A DNA stretch of 32,000 nucleotides from Nostoc punctiforme PCC 73102 (GTDB lineage Bacteria; Cyanobacteriota; Cyanobacteriia; Cyanobacteriales; Nostocaceae). Positions 1-9,103 of the stretch are shown here, one piece after another; position 1 is the stretch's first letter; each line of letters opens with the position of its first letter. The notes under the pieces were generated by a model, which saw only the letters and a program-made list of their open reading frames with translations, did no database searches and was not told the origin of the DNA. Where the stretch lies: the NCBI RefSeq assembly GCF_000020025.1, contig NC_010628.1:3030001-3062000 (forward strand), written 5' to 3'. Position numbers and translations under genes: made by a program.

Positions 1-1316
1 GCCATGTTATTCGAGAAATCGTAGATATTTGCAAAGCAACTGGAATACAAACTAGTACTTTACCTGGAATATATGAAATCCTCAACGATCGTGTGCGGGT
101 AGATAGCATTCGAGATGTCAGGATTGAGGATTTGCTCAGGCGAGAACCCATACAGACTGATGTTGAGCAAGTGCATAAATTTATTAAAGGTAAGACAGTA
201 CTGATTACAGGTGCAGGAGGATCAATTGGTAGTGAACTTTGCCGTCAAATTTTCAAATGTCATCCTGCGGAAATGATACTTATGGGACACGGAGAGAATT
301 CTATATTTAATATCCAACAAGAGTTAGAAAAACTGATCCAAATACTCAAAAATGATGGGAAAGTACAGCGATACACCCCTCGTATTTATACTTTCATTGG
401 CGATATTCGTTATAGCGTTCGCCTAAAACAAGCTTTTGAACAATTTCAACCTAACGTGATTTTTCATGCGGCTGCTCATAAGCACGTTCCTCTGATGGAA
501 TTAAATTCATCAGAAGCAATCACTAACAATGTGCTTGGAACAAAAAACTTATTGGATATGGCGCTGCAATACAATGTTCAAAACTTCGTGATGATTTCCA
601 CAGATAAAGCTGTTAATCCCACTAGTGTCATGGGTGCTAGTAAAAGAGTTGCCGAAATGCTAGTGCTGCAAGCTGCAAAAGAAAGCGGTAAACCTTATGT
701 TGTTGTGCGCTTTGGCAATGTTTTGGGTAGTCGTGGTAGTGTAGTTCCCACTTTTAAAAAACAAATTGCTTCAGGTGGACCAGTCACCGTTACCCATCCC
801 GATATCTGTCGTTATTTCATGACCATCCCGGAAGCAGTGCAACTTGTTTTACAGGCTGCGGTATTGAGTCGTGGTGGTGAAGTATTAATGCTGAATATGG
901 GCGAACCTGTAAAAATTGTTGACTTGGCGAAGGAATTAATTCGCCTTTCGGGATACGAGGTAAATAAAGATATTGACATCTTATTTACAGGCTTAAGACC
1001 TGGGGAAAAGTTATTTGAAGAACTGTTTATTGAGGGAGAAGAGTACGAACCAACTCAACATGAGAAATTGATAGTAGTGAAAAATGGCAGTCGGATTGTT
1101 TCAGAAAATCTCACCGTGACTGTAGAAGAATTGTGTACCGCAGCAAGCAAAAGTGATCTTAAATACATCATGTTATTACTGGAACAACTGGTGTCAGGAT
1201 ACAAACCTAATTACTTAGAAGATAATAAACGAATAAATAGTTTAAAGAATAGTGCTGTAATCACATATTCAAATAAAAACAAACTCGCGAAAATGGAATC
1301 GGGAGGGGCTAAATAA
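1..1316 (+). CDS. CapD/PglF/WbpM-family polysaccharide biosynthesis protein (NDP-HexNAc 4,6-dehydratase type), 5'-truncated by the window edge
   Basis: The frame is open from nt 3 (HVIREIVDICKATGIQTSTLPGIYEILNDRVRVDSIRDV...), so the GTG at 93 in the ORF track is not the true start. It carries the Rossmann motif TGAGGSIGSELCRQ and the catalytic region MISTDKAVNPTSVMGASKRVAE, followed by FGNVLGSRGSVVP. This is the typical C-terminal half of CapD/PglF-type enzymes. Confidence 0.9.
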   Translation, partial: HVIREIVDICKATGIQTSTLPGIYEILNDRVRVDSIRDVRIEDLLRREPIQTDVEQVHKFIKGKTVLITGAGGSIGSELCRQIFKCHPAEMILMGHGENSIFNIQQELEKLIQILKNDGKVQRYTPRIYTFIGDIRYSVRLKQAFEQFQPNVIFHAAAHKHVPLMELNSSEAITNNVLGTKNLLDMALQYNVQNFVMISTDKAVNPTSVMGASKRVAEMLVLQAAKESGKPYVVVRFGNVLGSRGSVVPTFKKQIASGGPVTVTHPDICRYFMTIPEAVQLVLQAAVLSRGGEVLMLNMGEPVKIVDLAKELIRLSGYEVNKDIDILFTGLRPGEKLFEELFIEGEEYEPTQHEKLIVVKNGSRIVSENLTVTVEELCTAASKSDLKYIMLLLEQLVSGYKPNYLEDNKRINSLKNSAVITYSNKNKLAKMESGGAK

Positions 1317-1387
1317 AATAGAGTGTTTGGACTCTAAGTCGATGGTTAATTCATCAAATAACTCTACATTTAATTTAGGTAATCAAC

Positions 1388-1717
1388 ATGAAAACGATCT
1401 ATGGCTCTCACGGCTTATTACAAAAAATAATCCGATATACCCAGGATGATGAGTATTTGTATGGCAAGCAAGTGCGAGCATTTGAAATCACCGATTTGAC
1501 AACAACGACTTATGAAGAAAAAGCGGTTAAACATAATCCAATTATCAACGCAAATGGTTATGAATGGAATAAAAACGGAATGTATAATATCGCTCCTCAC
1601 AAGCTTGATAGCGGCAAATGGATAGCTTGTGTAGGTGGTTATCAAATCATTGTTGTGTTTGGTATAAAACTGCAAAATTGGATGAGGTTAATGACTAAAG
1701 CAGATGCAACAACATAA
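1388..1717 (+). CDS. Hypothetical protein (109 aa), no recognisable motif
   Basis: The ORF fills the gap between the dehydratase and the flippase on the same strand, and ends 14 nt inside the flippase ORF. Support is only ORF length and position. Confidence 0.3.
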   Translation: MKTIYGSHGLLQKIIRYTQDDEYLYGKQVRAFEITDLTTTTYEEKAVKHNPIINANGYEWNKNGMYNIAPHKLDSGKWIACVGGYQIIVVFGIKLQNWMRLMTKADATT

Positions 1718-2942
1718 GCCTCTAACACTGCGCGGCAACTTTTCTTGGACTTTCGCCGGTAATTTAGTTTATGCAGCTTGCCAGTGGGGAATGTTGGTGA
1801 TACTGGCTAAACTTGGCAGTCCAGAGATGGTAGGACAGTTTACCTTGGGGCTGGCGATCACAGCACCTATAATCATGTTTACAAATCTTCAGTTGCGAAT
1901 TGTCCAAGCAACAGATGCCAGAAAACAGTATTCTTTTAGCGATTACCTGGGGCTGAGACTAATCTCGACAGCTTTAGCACTTGCGATCGTTACGGTTATT
2001 AGTTTGTTAGGCGGCTTTCGATGGGAAACATCCCTAGTTATCTTCTTGATGGGCTTGGCAAAGGCATTCGAGTCTATTAGCGACATATTTCATGGACTGA
2101 TTCAGCAGTACGAACGCATGGATCGGATTGCAACATCGTTGATGATTAAAGGCCCTCTATCACTGCTACTACTGGGCATTGGAGTATATATGTCTGGCCA
2201 TATTCTCTGGGGAGTGGTGGGGTTGGTCTTTGCTTGGGCAGTGGTGTTGGTCGCTTGGGACATTCGCAGTGGTATCTTAATACTATACAGGTCACAATTG
2301 CAACCGCGTTGGCATCGAAAAACCCTAGTAAAGCTGGTATGGCTCTGTTTGCCTTTGGGGTTTGTGATGATGCTAATTTCACTCAATACCAATATTCCCC
2401 GTTACTTTATTGAACGATATTTAGGTGAGCGGGAATTGGGGATTTTTGCAGCCATTGCCTACCTGATGGTGGCAGGAAACATCGTAGTAAATGCCCTAGG
2501 AGAGTCAAGCATTTCTAGACTAGCTAAGTATTACGCGGCTAAAGATGCTATTGCTTTCCATACACTCCTACTCAAGCTGGTAGGAATCGCTGCTTTATTG
2601 GGCGGAACAGGTGTTTTGATGGCTGTTGTAGCTGGACATCAGATCCTGACTCTTCTGTATCAACCTGAATATGCCGAGCAAACAAATTTGTTTATCTGGT
2701 TGATGGTTGCAGCTGGAATTAACTATGTATCGTCCTTCCTGAGCTATGGAATGACGGCATGTCAGTACTTTCGCATCCAAATGCCTTTGTTTGCGATTGT
2801 AGTAACTATCTCAACCATAGCCTGTCTATGGCTGCTACCCAGTTTGGGATTGCTAGGAGTAGCGATCGCACTAGTTATTGCAACTATTGTTCAAACAATT
2901 TTTAGTTTAGGAGTTATCTTCTATGCACTACACAAACTCTAG
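1704..2942 (+). CDS. wzx: Wzx-type oligosaccharide/polysaccharide flippase (MOP superfamily)
   Basis: It is 412 aa and hydrophobic throughout, with roughly 12 helices. The N-terminus LRGNFSWTFAGNLVYAACQWGMLVILAKLG is typical of polysaccharide-biosynthesis flippases. It sits in a glycan locus next to a Wzy-like gene. Confidence 0.8.
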   Translation: MQQHKPLTLRGNFSWTFAGNLVYAACQWGMLVILAKLGSPEMVGQFTLGLAITAPIIMFTNLQLRIVQATDARKQYSFSDYLGLRLISTALALAIVTVISLLGGFRWETSLVIFLMGLAKAFESISDIFHGLIQQYERMDRIATSLMIKGPLSLLLLGIGVYMSGHILWGVVGLVFAWAVVLVAWDIRSGILILYRSQLQPRWHRKTLVKLVWLCLPLGFVMMLISLNTNIPRYFIERYLGERELGIFAAIAYLMVAGNIVVNALGESSISRLAKYYAAKDAIAFHTLLLKLVGIAALLGGTGVLMAVVAGHQILTLLYQPEYAEQTNLFIWLMVAAGINYVSSFLSYGMTACQYFRIQMPLFAIVVTISTIACLWLLPSLGLLGVAIALVIATIVQTIFSLGVIFYALHKL

Positions 2943-3243
2943 AGATATCCAGAAGGCAAATGAGCATTCTATACATATCCTCCATGTTGTTGGAGAGATG
3001 AACATGGCTGGAATCGAAACCTGGCTAATGTACATTTTGCGACATATCGATCGCGATCGCTTCCAGATGGATTTTCTGGTTAACACAGCCCAGCCCGGCG
3101 CTTACGATGAAGAAATCCGTGCCCTTGGTAGCAAGGTTATTCTATGTTCTCATCCGTTACGATCCTGGTTGCACGCTCCTAATTTCAAACGTATCTTGCA
3201 CGAGTACACAGCAGGACTACATTGTGTGTTCTCAAACTCATAA
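2923..3243 (+). pseudogene. Truncated GT4 (GT-B) glycosyltransferase, N-terminal fragment only
   Basis: The 106-aa ORF (IHILHVVGEMNMAGIETWLMYILRHIDRDRFQMDFLV...YDEEIRALGSKV...FKRILHEY) matches only the first ~90 residues of family-1/GT4 glycosyltransferases. There is no C-terminal donor-binding half and no E-x7-E motif. The frame terminates at 3243, exactly where the AT-rich wzy-like gene begins. Confidence 0.55.
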
Positions 3244-3258
3244 TATTGGTACAAATTA

Positions 3259-4458
3259 ATGTCAAATACGATCGTTAAAAAAACATTAAATCAGGATTTT
3301 TGGAATAACGTAATTCTTTTACCTATTGACTTAATTTTGATTTTTTGTTCGACATTTCCTGGAGAAAATAAAACGGTGTATGAAATTCCTTTATTTTTTG
3401 TTTTTTGGACAATAGTTTTTGTCCTGAGAAGAAACTTTATTTTAAGCCCAGCAGAAATTTCTGCTCAAATATTCATTTTTTTCGCTCTCTTACCTATTTT
3501 TATTCAATTTTATCAATACAATTTTGACTATTATTTTGGCGCTATATCAGGAATTCTATATGTTAATATTCTTGTTTTTGGCACTCATGTAATCGAGCGA
3601 TTGCTCAGTAATAGTCCAGGTTGTAAGATAGTTCGATGGCTGCCTGCCATTACACTAATTTTTCTTGGAGTATTATCTCAACAGTTTTCTGGAAACGAGC
3701 CAAGGCAATCCTTTATATTTGGGCCCAATATTTACTACAGAATTATTGGAACTATTTTCTTGCTAAATCTCGTATTGGTTCATGAAAATTACTCTAGCAA
3801 AAAAGAAAAAATTTCAATACTTAGCTTAATCACTACGATATTTTGTTTAGTTATTGCATTGTCTCTAATGGTTAAAACAGGTTCTAGAGGTGCAACAATA
3901 GTAGGAATTTTTATGACATTATCTTTTCTTTACACAGTACTATATATCAGATTGAATTGGCTAAAGTTTGCTAGTATAGCTATAACATTTGCTCCTTTTT
4001 TACTCGCTATAAATTCAAGTTTTTCTAAATCTATTATTGATTCTAGAGTATTTTGGTTTTATGACCGTGGTGCCTCCTCTAGTTCTATTGCAGTCAGGGA
4101 AGGATATTGGCAAAATTTGACATCTTTTTTTATAAAAGATAATTTTTTATTCGGAGAAGGAAGCCAATATATATATTCCTATCCTCACAATATTTATCTA
4201 GATATGCTATATAATGGCGGCTTTTTACCCTGTGTTATTCTTATAGGATTTACTGCAATGTATGGAATACTTTTATGGAAAGGGAAATTAAATAGAAACT
4301 GGAAAATTATAACTATAATTTGTTCACCAATTTATATAGGTTCTCTATTTTCTGGAACATTATATGACAACTATTCAATTATAAGCCTAATATTTGCACT
4401 GCCAAATTTGATACACAACAAAGTTCCTACTATATCTACAAAAAATCAAAGGGTTTGA
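3259..4458 (+). CDS. wzy: O-antigen polymerase/ligase-family membrane protein (Wzy-like)
   Basis: It is 399 aa with many hydrophobic segments, and is extremely AT-rich and rich in Phe/Ile/Leu. KTGSRGATIVGIFMTLSF and YPHNIYLDMLYNGGFL resemble the Wzy_C signature (SRGA... / HN-x-Y-L...G). It partners the Wzx gene. Confidence 0.72.
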   Translation: MSNTIVKKTLNQDFWNNVILLPIDLILIFCSTFPGENKTVYEIPLFFVFWTIVFVLRRNFILSPAEISAQIFIFFALLPIFIQFYQYNFDYYFGAISGILYVNILVFGTHVIERLLSNSPGCKIVRWLPAITLIFLGVLSQQFSGNEPRQSFIFGPNIYYRIIGTIFLLNLVLVHENYSSKKEKISILSLITTIFCLVIALSLMVKTGSRGATIVGIFMTLSFLYTVLYIRLNWLKFASIAITFAPFLLAINSSFSKSIIDSRVFWFYDRGASSSSIAVREGYWQNLTSFFIKDNFLFGEGSQYIYSYPHNIYLDMLYNGGFLPCVILIGFTAMYGILLWKGKLNRNWKIITIICSPIYIGSLFSGTLYDNYSIISLIFALPNLIHNKVPTISTKNQRV

Positions 4459-4501
4459 TAAAAATTCAAATCTATAGTTTGAATAGGAGAGAATCACTTT
4501 T

Positions 4502-5641
4502 ATGCATGAATTTGATGAATATCAAATACGGTCAACTGTTATCCTATATGTTGCGCCAATTACGCACAATCGAATTACTGGGTTAACACCTGCCGTAACG
4601 CCATTAGTGAATGCCCTGCAAAATTTAGGAGTGCAAACTGGACTTTTGACTACTTCTACACTAGGGCGCTACGAAAATCCTGAGCTATATCCAGTTGTTT
4701 ATATAAATGATTTACCTCTTTATCCAAGTTTAGCTTCAATGCCAGAACCATTGAATAAACCCGATCTGATTGTTTTCCAAAGTACCTATGTTTTGAAGCA
4801 TATTCCACTCGTATATGAGGCTTTGCAACGCAAGATTCCCTATATAATTACACCTCAAGGTGGGATGACACAGAGAGCGCAGCAGCAAAAACAACTGAAG
4901 AAAAAGGTAGGTAACTTTTTATTTTTTAACTGGATGGTACGAAATTCTGCTGCTTTGCATTGCTTAAATGAACAAGAAGCTATAGATGTGAAAAAAACCT
5001 GGAGTCATCCTGTATTTATAGTTGGAAATGGAGTCAATATGCCGCAACCTAAACTATTGGCATACCCAGGGAGCAAACCAGGGTTAAAATTTGTCTTTTT
5101 AGGAAGACTCGATATCAACCATAAAGGATTGGACCTTCTATTAGAAGCTTGTGCGCTATTACAAGAAAAATTGAGAAAATCAACAGTTCAGATACTTTTA
5201 TATGGATCTAATATAGCTGGAAGTAAGATAAAACTTGAGAAGATGATAAATAAATATCAACTTCAAGATATTGTTCATCTCAACGATCCAGTTTTGGGAG
5301 ATGCAAAGCAAGAAGTTTTCCAAAGCGCAGATTTGTTTATACATACCTCTCGCTTTGAAGGACATCCAATAGCAGTATTAGAGGCTTTATCTTATGGAAT
5401 ACCTTGTCTACTCACACCTGGAACTAATATGGCAAGTGAAGTGGAGGCGGCTGGGGCTGGATGGTCTGTGGAAGCTACTCCAGTAGCGATCGCTAAACGG
5501 ATGCAAGATATTTTAGCCGCGCGATTAGAATTCCCAAAAAGAGGACAGGCGGCACGAAATTTAGTAGAAGAAAAATATTCCTGGAACCAGATTGGCAAGC
5601 AGTCACTTCGAGAATATTTCAATCTATTACATGCAAATTAA
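4502..5641 (+). CDS. GT4-family glycosyltransferase
   Basis: It is 379 aa. The C-terminal GT-B donor domain carries FIHTSRFEGHPIAVLEALSYGIPCLLT (the E-x7-E motif). AGGAGAG lies about 11 nt upstream of the ATG. Confidence 0.85.
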   Translation: MHEFDEYQIRSTVILYVAPITHNRITGLTPAVTPLVNALQNLGVQTGLLTTSTLGRYENPELYPVVYINDLPLYPSLASMPEPLNKPDLIVFQSTYVLKHIPLVYEALQRKIPYIITPQGGMTQRAQQQKQLKKKVGNFLFFNWMVRNSAALHCLNEQEAIDVKKTWSHPVFIVGNGVNMPQPKLLAYPGSKPGLKFVFLGRLDINHKGLDLLLEACALLQEKLRKSTVQILLYGSNIAGSKIKLEKMINKYQLQDIVHLNDPVLGDAKQEVFQSADLFIHTSRFEGHPIAVLEALSYGIPCLLTPGTNMASEVEAAGAGWSVEATPVAIAKRMQDILAARLEFPKRGQAARNLVEEKYSWNQIGKQSLREYFNLLHAN

Positions 5642-5691
5642 AAAAATATAGATGTAATTGTTAATTCAAATAATTCTCTAGAGGTTCAACG

Positions 5692-6948
5692 TTGATGGAT
5701 ACTCGCACATTAATTTATTTACATCAATATTTTTCGATTCCTACAGTTTCTGGAGGCACAAGATCCTGGGAGTTTTCGACTCGTCTTGTCCAAGATAAAT
5801 GGCAAGTTTGTATGTTTTGCGGTGACTCGGAAATTCATGGAATTCCCGCCGTTAATATCCTGAAATTGTTCAACACCAAAAATGTTAGTTTTAAATTAAA
5901 TGTTATTCCTTTGAAGTACAGTAATTACATGAGCTTCTCGCGGAGAATTTTTGCATTTTTGAGTTTTGCTGTTCGGTCTTCTTTACAAGTCCTGCGAGAA
6001 GAAAAAGCTGACCTCACTTTTGCTACTAGTACACCGCTTACTATTGCAATACCAGCTTTGTTGCGAAAATGGTTGCATGGCACTCCTTATATTTTTGAAG
6101 TCAGAGATCTCTGGCCAGAAATGCCAATAGCTATGAAAGCTGTACGCTCACCATTAGCTATATTTTTGGCTCGGCAATTAGAACTGATAGCTTATCAAAA
6201 TGCTTCTCATATTGTGGCACTTTCTCCTGGTATGAAAGAAGGCATCGTCAAACAGGGTATATCTCCTGAGAAAGTAGAAGTGATTCCTAATGCTTGCGAT
6301 AATGCACGTTTTAACATTTCAGAAACAATTGGATTAGAGTTTCTCCGCCAGCATCCCGAATTATCTGGCGGGCCTTTGATTGTTTACACCGGTACATTCG
6401 GGCATATAAATGGAGTCAACTATTTGGCTTATTTAGCAAGTCACATGAGAAATATCATACCTGAGGCTAAATTTCTGGTGGTTGGTTCAGGTGTCTGCGA
6501 AAGTGAAGTCAGAGAAGCTAGTTGTCAATTAGGGATTTTGGAAAAAAACTTCTGGATGTGGCCACCTATTCCCAAAGCTGAAATGCCAGCACTTCTTTCT
6601 GCATGTACCGTTGCCACCTCCTTGTTTAAGCCAATTCCTGAGATGGAGCATAATTCAGCTAATAAATTCTTTGATGCCCTAGCAGCAGGTCGCCCAGTCG
6701 TAATTAACTATGGCGGTTGGCAGAAAGAAATTCTCGAACAATCTGGTGCTGGTATTAGCATTTCTAGCAACGATCCAAAAGTTGCTGCAATTCAACTTGC
6801 AAAATTTTTAAATAGCTCTGAGTGCTTGCAAAGCGCTCAGGCTGCTGCAAGAAAACTTGCAGACACAGTGTTTGATCGAGATATTTTGTACAAGAAATTA
6901 GCAAATGTTTTTCAGAAGGTTTTAAATGAAACGCATTCTGACATTTAA
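5692..6948 (+). CDS. GT4-family glycosyltransferase (WcaI/WbuB-like)
   Basis: It is 418 aa. The N-terminus LIYLHQYFSIPTVSGGTRSWEFSTRLV is typical of WcaI/WbuB-like GT4 enzymes, and the C-terminal half has NSANKFFDALAAGRPVV. The start is either TTG 5692 or ATG 5695. Confidence 0.82.
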   Translation: MMDTRTLIYLHQYFSIPTVSGGTRSWEFSTRLVQDKWQVCMFCGDSEIHGIPAVNILKLFNTKNVSFKLNVIPLKYSNYMSFSRRIFAFLSFAVRSSLQVLREEKADLTFATSTPLTIAIPALLRKWLHGTPYIFEVRDLWPEMPIAMKAVRSPLAIFLARQLELIAYQNASHIVALSPGMKEGIVKQGISPEKVEVIPNACDNARFNISETIGLEFLRQHPELSGGPLIVYTGTFGHINGVNYLAYLASHMRNIIPEAKFLVVGSGVCESEVREASCQLGILEKNFWMWPPIPKAEMPALLSACTVATSLFKPIPEMEHNSANKFFDALAAGRPVVINYGGWQKEILEQSGAGISISSNDPKVAAIQLAKFLNSSECLQSAQAAARKLADTVFDRDILYKKLANVFQKVLNETHSDI

Positions 6949-8221
6949 AAAGTGGAAACATTGGTCGAAAATAAAATTCTTGCATTGTGCTGAAAAGCTA
7001 CTAGCAGCCGTTGGAATTATTATTGCGTCCGTCGTCTTTACGGCAACAAATACAGAAGTTTTTGCAGAAGATATATACCCTCAAAGCAAGGAATTTCCGC
7101 TAGGTCTATACTCTATACACGAAGCACAAGATATGGAGAGAGTGCGGCAATTCGGATGGAAAATCGCCCAGACATATCATTTTACCCCCTCTTTTCTTGA
7201 AACTGTAGCTAAGGGTAAGATGCTTGCTCTTGCCAGCCTGCCAGGTGAATCTGAGCCGATACCAGAGGTGGAAGCGGCAAACAAGATTACCGCTCTTGCT
7301 AAGAGCGATCGAGTAGCGTGGTGGGAATTTCCTGAAGAACGGCGCTATTGGAGAGATGGAGAAATGGCGATAGTTACCAATTATGCGAGTTGGACACGCA
7401 AATATGACCCAAAAAAGCGACCAAATTATATGTACATCCCCGGTCACTATGATGCTACAAGTGTCCAGCAGTATGTACCTTATTTGGATATCATTCCCTC
7501 CAGCATTTACACAAACTATATAGGGGTGCCACATGCATGGGTGCGGTGGCGCATGGAAACCACACTAAAGGGGATCGAGTTAGCACAAGCCACGATAGGC
7601 CCTGATTATCTGAATGGAGAAAAAACTCCTGTAGCAATTTTGGAACTCTTTCACGAATCTGGCAATGCGATCGCAACAACCGAAGGGGCATATCACGACT
7701 TTTGGCAGTCTATCGTATCTGGTGCTAGGGGAATTCTGATTTTTTCTTATTGGCACAAGCGCGACCATCCCAATCTGGAAAGTGTTTTGCAAACATATCA
7801 TAAGGCTGCTGGAGAGATTGTAGGGCCAGAGCAATTGGGCTCGGCTATCTTGTATGGCACGAGGCTAGATAATGTGAGCTTTAAGATTGTCGCTGGCCCA
7901 GCAAGGACAGAGGAGTTTTACACCTATGGCATGGAGCAGTCACTCAGCTTTCCCTCTATTAATTTGCTGACAATTGTTTGGAATCAATTTACTTACATTA
8001 TTGCCGTCAACTCAGCAAATGAACCTGTTTCTGTTAGTTTTACTGGTCTTTCTAATACATCTACCGAAGCAACTGTTCTATTTGAAAACAAGACAGTTCT
8101 GCTTAACGATGGAGTATTAAATGCCGAATTTCAACCTCTTGGTGTACATGTCTTCAAAATTTCTAGCAGCAAAGTCTTGAAAAGAAAAAACCAAAGTATC
8201 TACGCTTATTTTCCTCGATAA
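6926..8221 (+). CDS. Exported or membrane-anchored protein of unknown function (possible glycan-active TIM-barrel-like enzyme)
   Basis: The 431-aa ORF overlaps the upstream gene by 23 nt. A basic N-terminus plus the hydrophobic stretch LLAAVGIIIASVVFTATNTEVFA-ED looks like a signal peptide or anchor. The soluble part is rich in W, Y and E (WWEFPEERRYW, AILELFHESGN, ILIFSYWHK), but I cannot assign a family. Confidence 0.55.
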   Translation: MKRILTFKKWKHWSKIKFLHCAEKLLAAVGIIIASVVFTATNTEVFAEDIYPQSKEFPLGLYSIHEAQDMERVRQFGWKIAQTYHFTPSFLETVAKGKMLALASLPGESEPIPEVEAANKITALAKSDRVAWWEFPEERRYWRDGEMAIVTNYASWTRKYDPKKRPNYMYIPGHYDATSVQQYVPYLDIIPSSIYTNYIGVPHAWVRWRMETTLKGIELAQATIGPDYLNGEKTPVAILELFHESGNAIATTEGAYHDFWQSIVSGARGILIFSYWHKRDHPNLESVLQTYHKAAGEIVGPEQLGSAILYGTRLDNVSFKIVAGPARTEEFYTYGMEQSLSFPSINLLTIVWNQFTYIIAVNSANEPVSVSFTGLSNTSTEATVLFENKTVLLNDGVLNAEFQPLGVHVFKISSSKVLKRKNQSIYAYFPR

Positions 8222-8261
8222 AACTGATAGATATTGATTCCTGATTTTTATCTTTACAACA

Positions 8262-8933
8262 ATGAAAATTACAGCTATGAACAGCAAATATTTACAAAAA
8301 CATTTTTTTAGAAAAAACAGCAGATTAATCAAGTCTATATTAGATAGATTTGTAGCAGCAATCGCCCTTTTAGCTCTTTCTCCGGTGATATTGATAATTG
8401 CGATCGCTATTTATTTCCGCATGGGTTATCCAGTTATTTTTATCCAACCCCGTCCCGGTAAAAATGCTCGTATTTTCAATTTTTACAAGTTCCGCACTAT
8501 GACTGATGAATGCGATGCCAAAGGCAATCTTCTCCCTGATGAGAAACGCCTCACGCCTTTTGGTGAATTTCTTCGTCAAACCAGTTTGGACGAACTCCCA
8601 CAACTTTGGAACGTCCTCAAGGGTGACATGAGTTTGGTGGGCCCTCGTCCTTTACTGGTGCAGTATCTTGACCGTTACAGCCTCGAACAAGCACGTCGCC
8701 ATAATGTCAAACCGGGTATCACAGGTTGGGCGCAAATCAATGGTCGCCGATTATTAGATGGATGTTGGGAAGAGAAATTCAGATTAGATATTTGGTACAT
8801 TGACAATTGGAATCTATGGTTGGACTTGAAAATTCTGGTTTTAACTCTGTTCAAAGTTTTGAAAAAAGAGAATATTAGCCAAGAAGGCTACGCTACAGGT
8901 GAAGAATTTCAAGGTAGTACTAGAGAAGTATGA
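8262..8933 (+). CDS. Small monotopic phosphoglycosyl transferase (bacterial sugar transferase family, PglC/WbaP-C-terminal type), the initiating enzyme
   Basis: It is 223 aa with one N-terminal hydrophobic helix (AAIALLALSPVILIIAIAIYF). This is followed by PVIFIQPRPGKN, FYKFRTM and DELPQLWNVLKGDMSLVGPRP, the classical signature of this family. Confidence 0.92.
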   Translation: MKITAMNSKYLQKHFFRKNSRLIKSILDRFVAAIALLALSPVILIIAIAIYFRMGYPVIFIQPRPGKNARIFNFYKFRTMTDECDAKGNLLPDEKRLTPFGEFLRQTSLDELPQLWNVLKGDMSLVGPRPLLVQYLDRYSLEQARRHNVKPGITGWAQINGRRLLDGCWEEKFRLDIWYIDNWNLWLDLKILVLTLFKVLKKENISQEGYATGEEFQGSTREV

Positions 8934-9039
8934 AATATTATTGTACAAACTCTCAATAAATAAGGCAGAAGACGGAGAAAAGTCTGAGTGAGGTTTTTCA
9001 AAGCTCGCGAACTCGCTAACGCTTCCTAACTTCGTCAAG

Positions 9040-9079
9040 ACAAGAGATTGGCTTCACAATAGCCAAAGAAATCTCTTGT
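9040..9079 (+). other. Intergenic stem-loop between the sugar transferase and the tailoring block
   Basis: ACAAGAGATT (9040-9049) pairs perfectly with AATCTCTTGT (9070-9079). An inner GGCT/AGCC pair is also present. Only a weak T-tract follows. Confidence 0.35.
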
Positions 9080-9103
9080 AATAAATCCTATTATTTCAGG
9101 TAA

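Noticed and set aside
3053-3060. Frequent GCGATCGC palindromes throughout the window, considered as specific regulatory or restriction-related sites.
   Set aside because: This is the HIP1 highly iterated palindrome, a genome-wide cyanobacterial signature found inside genes as well as between them. It is useful as a taxonomic hint but not as a local feature. The exception is the extended palindrome at 19295-19326, which is reported separately.
4464-4484. A 7-bp hairpin, attcaaa-tctatag-tttgaat, between wzy and the next glycosyltransferase, just before its AGGAGAG ribosome-binding site.
   Set aside because: The stem is weak and almost entirely A/T, with no U-tract, and it lies in an AT-rich region where such pairs are expected by chance. 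It is at most a minor translational modulator.
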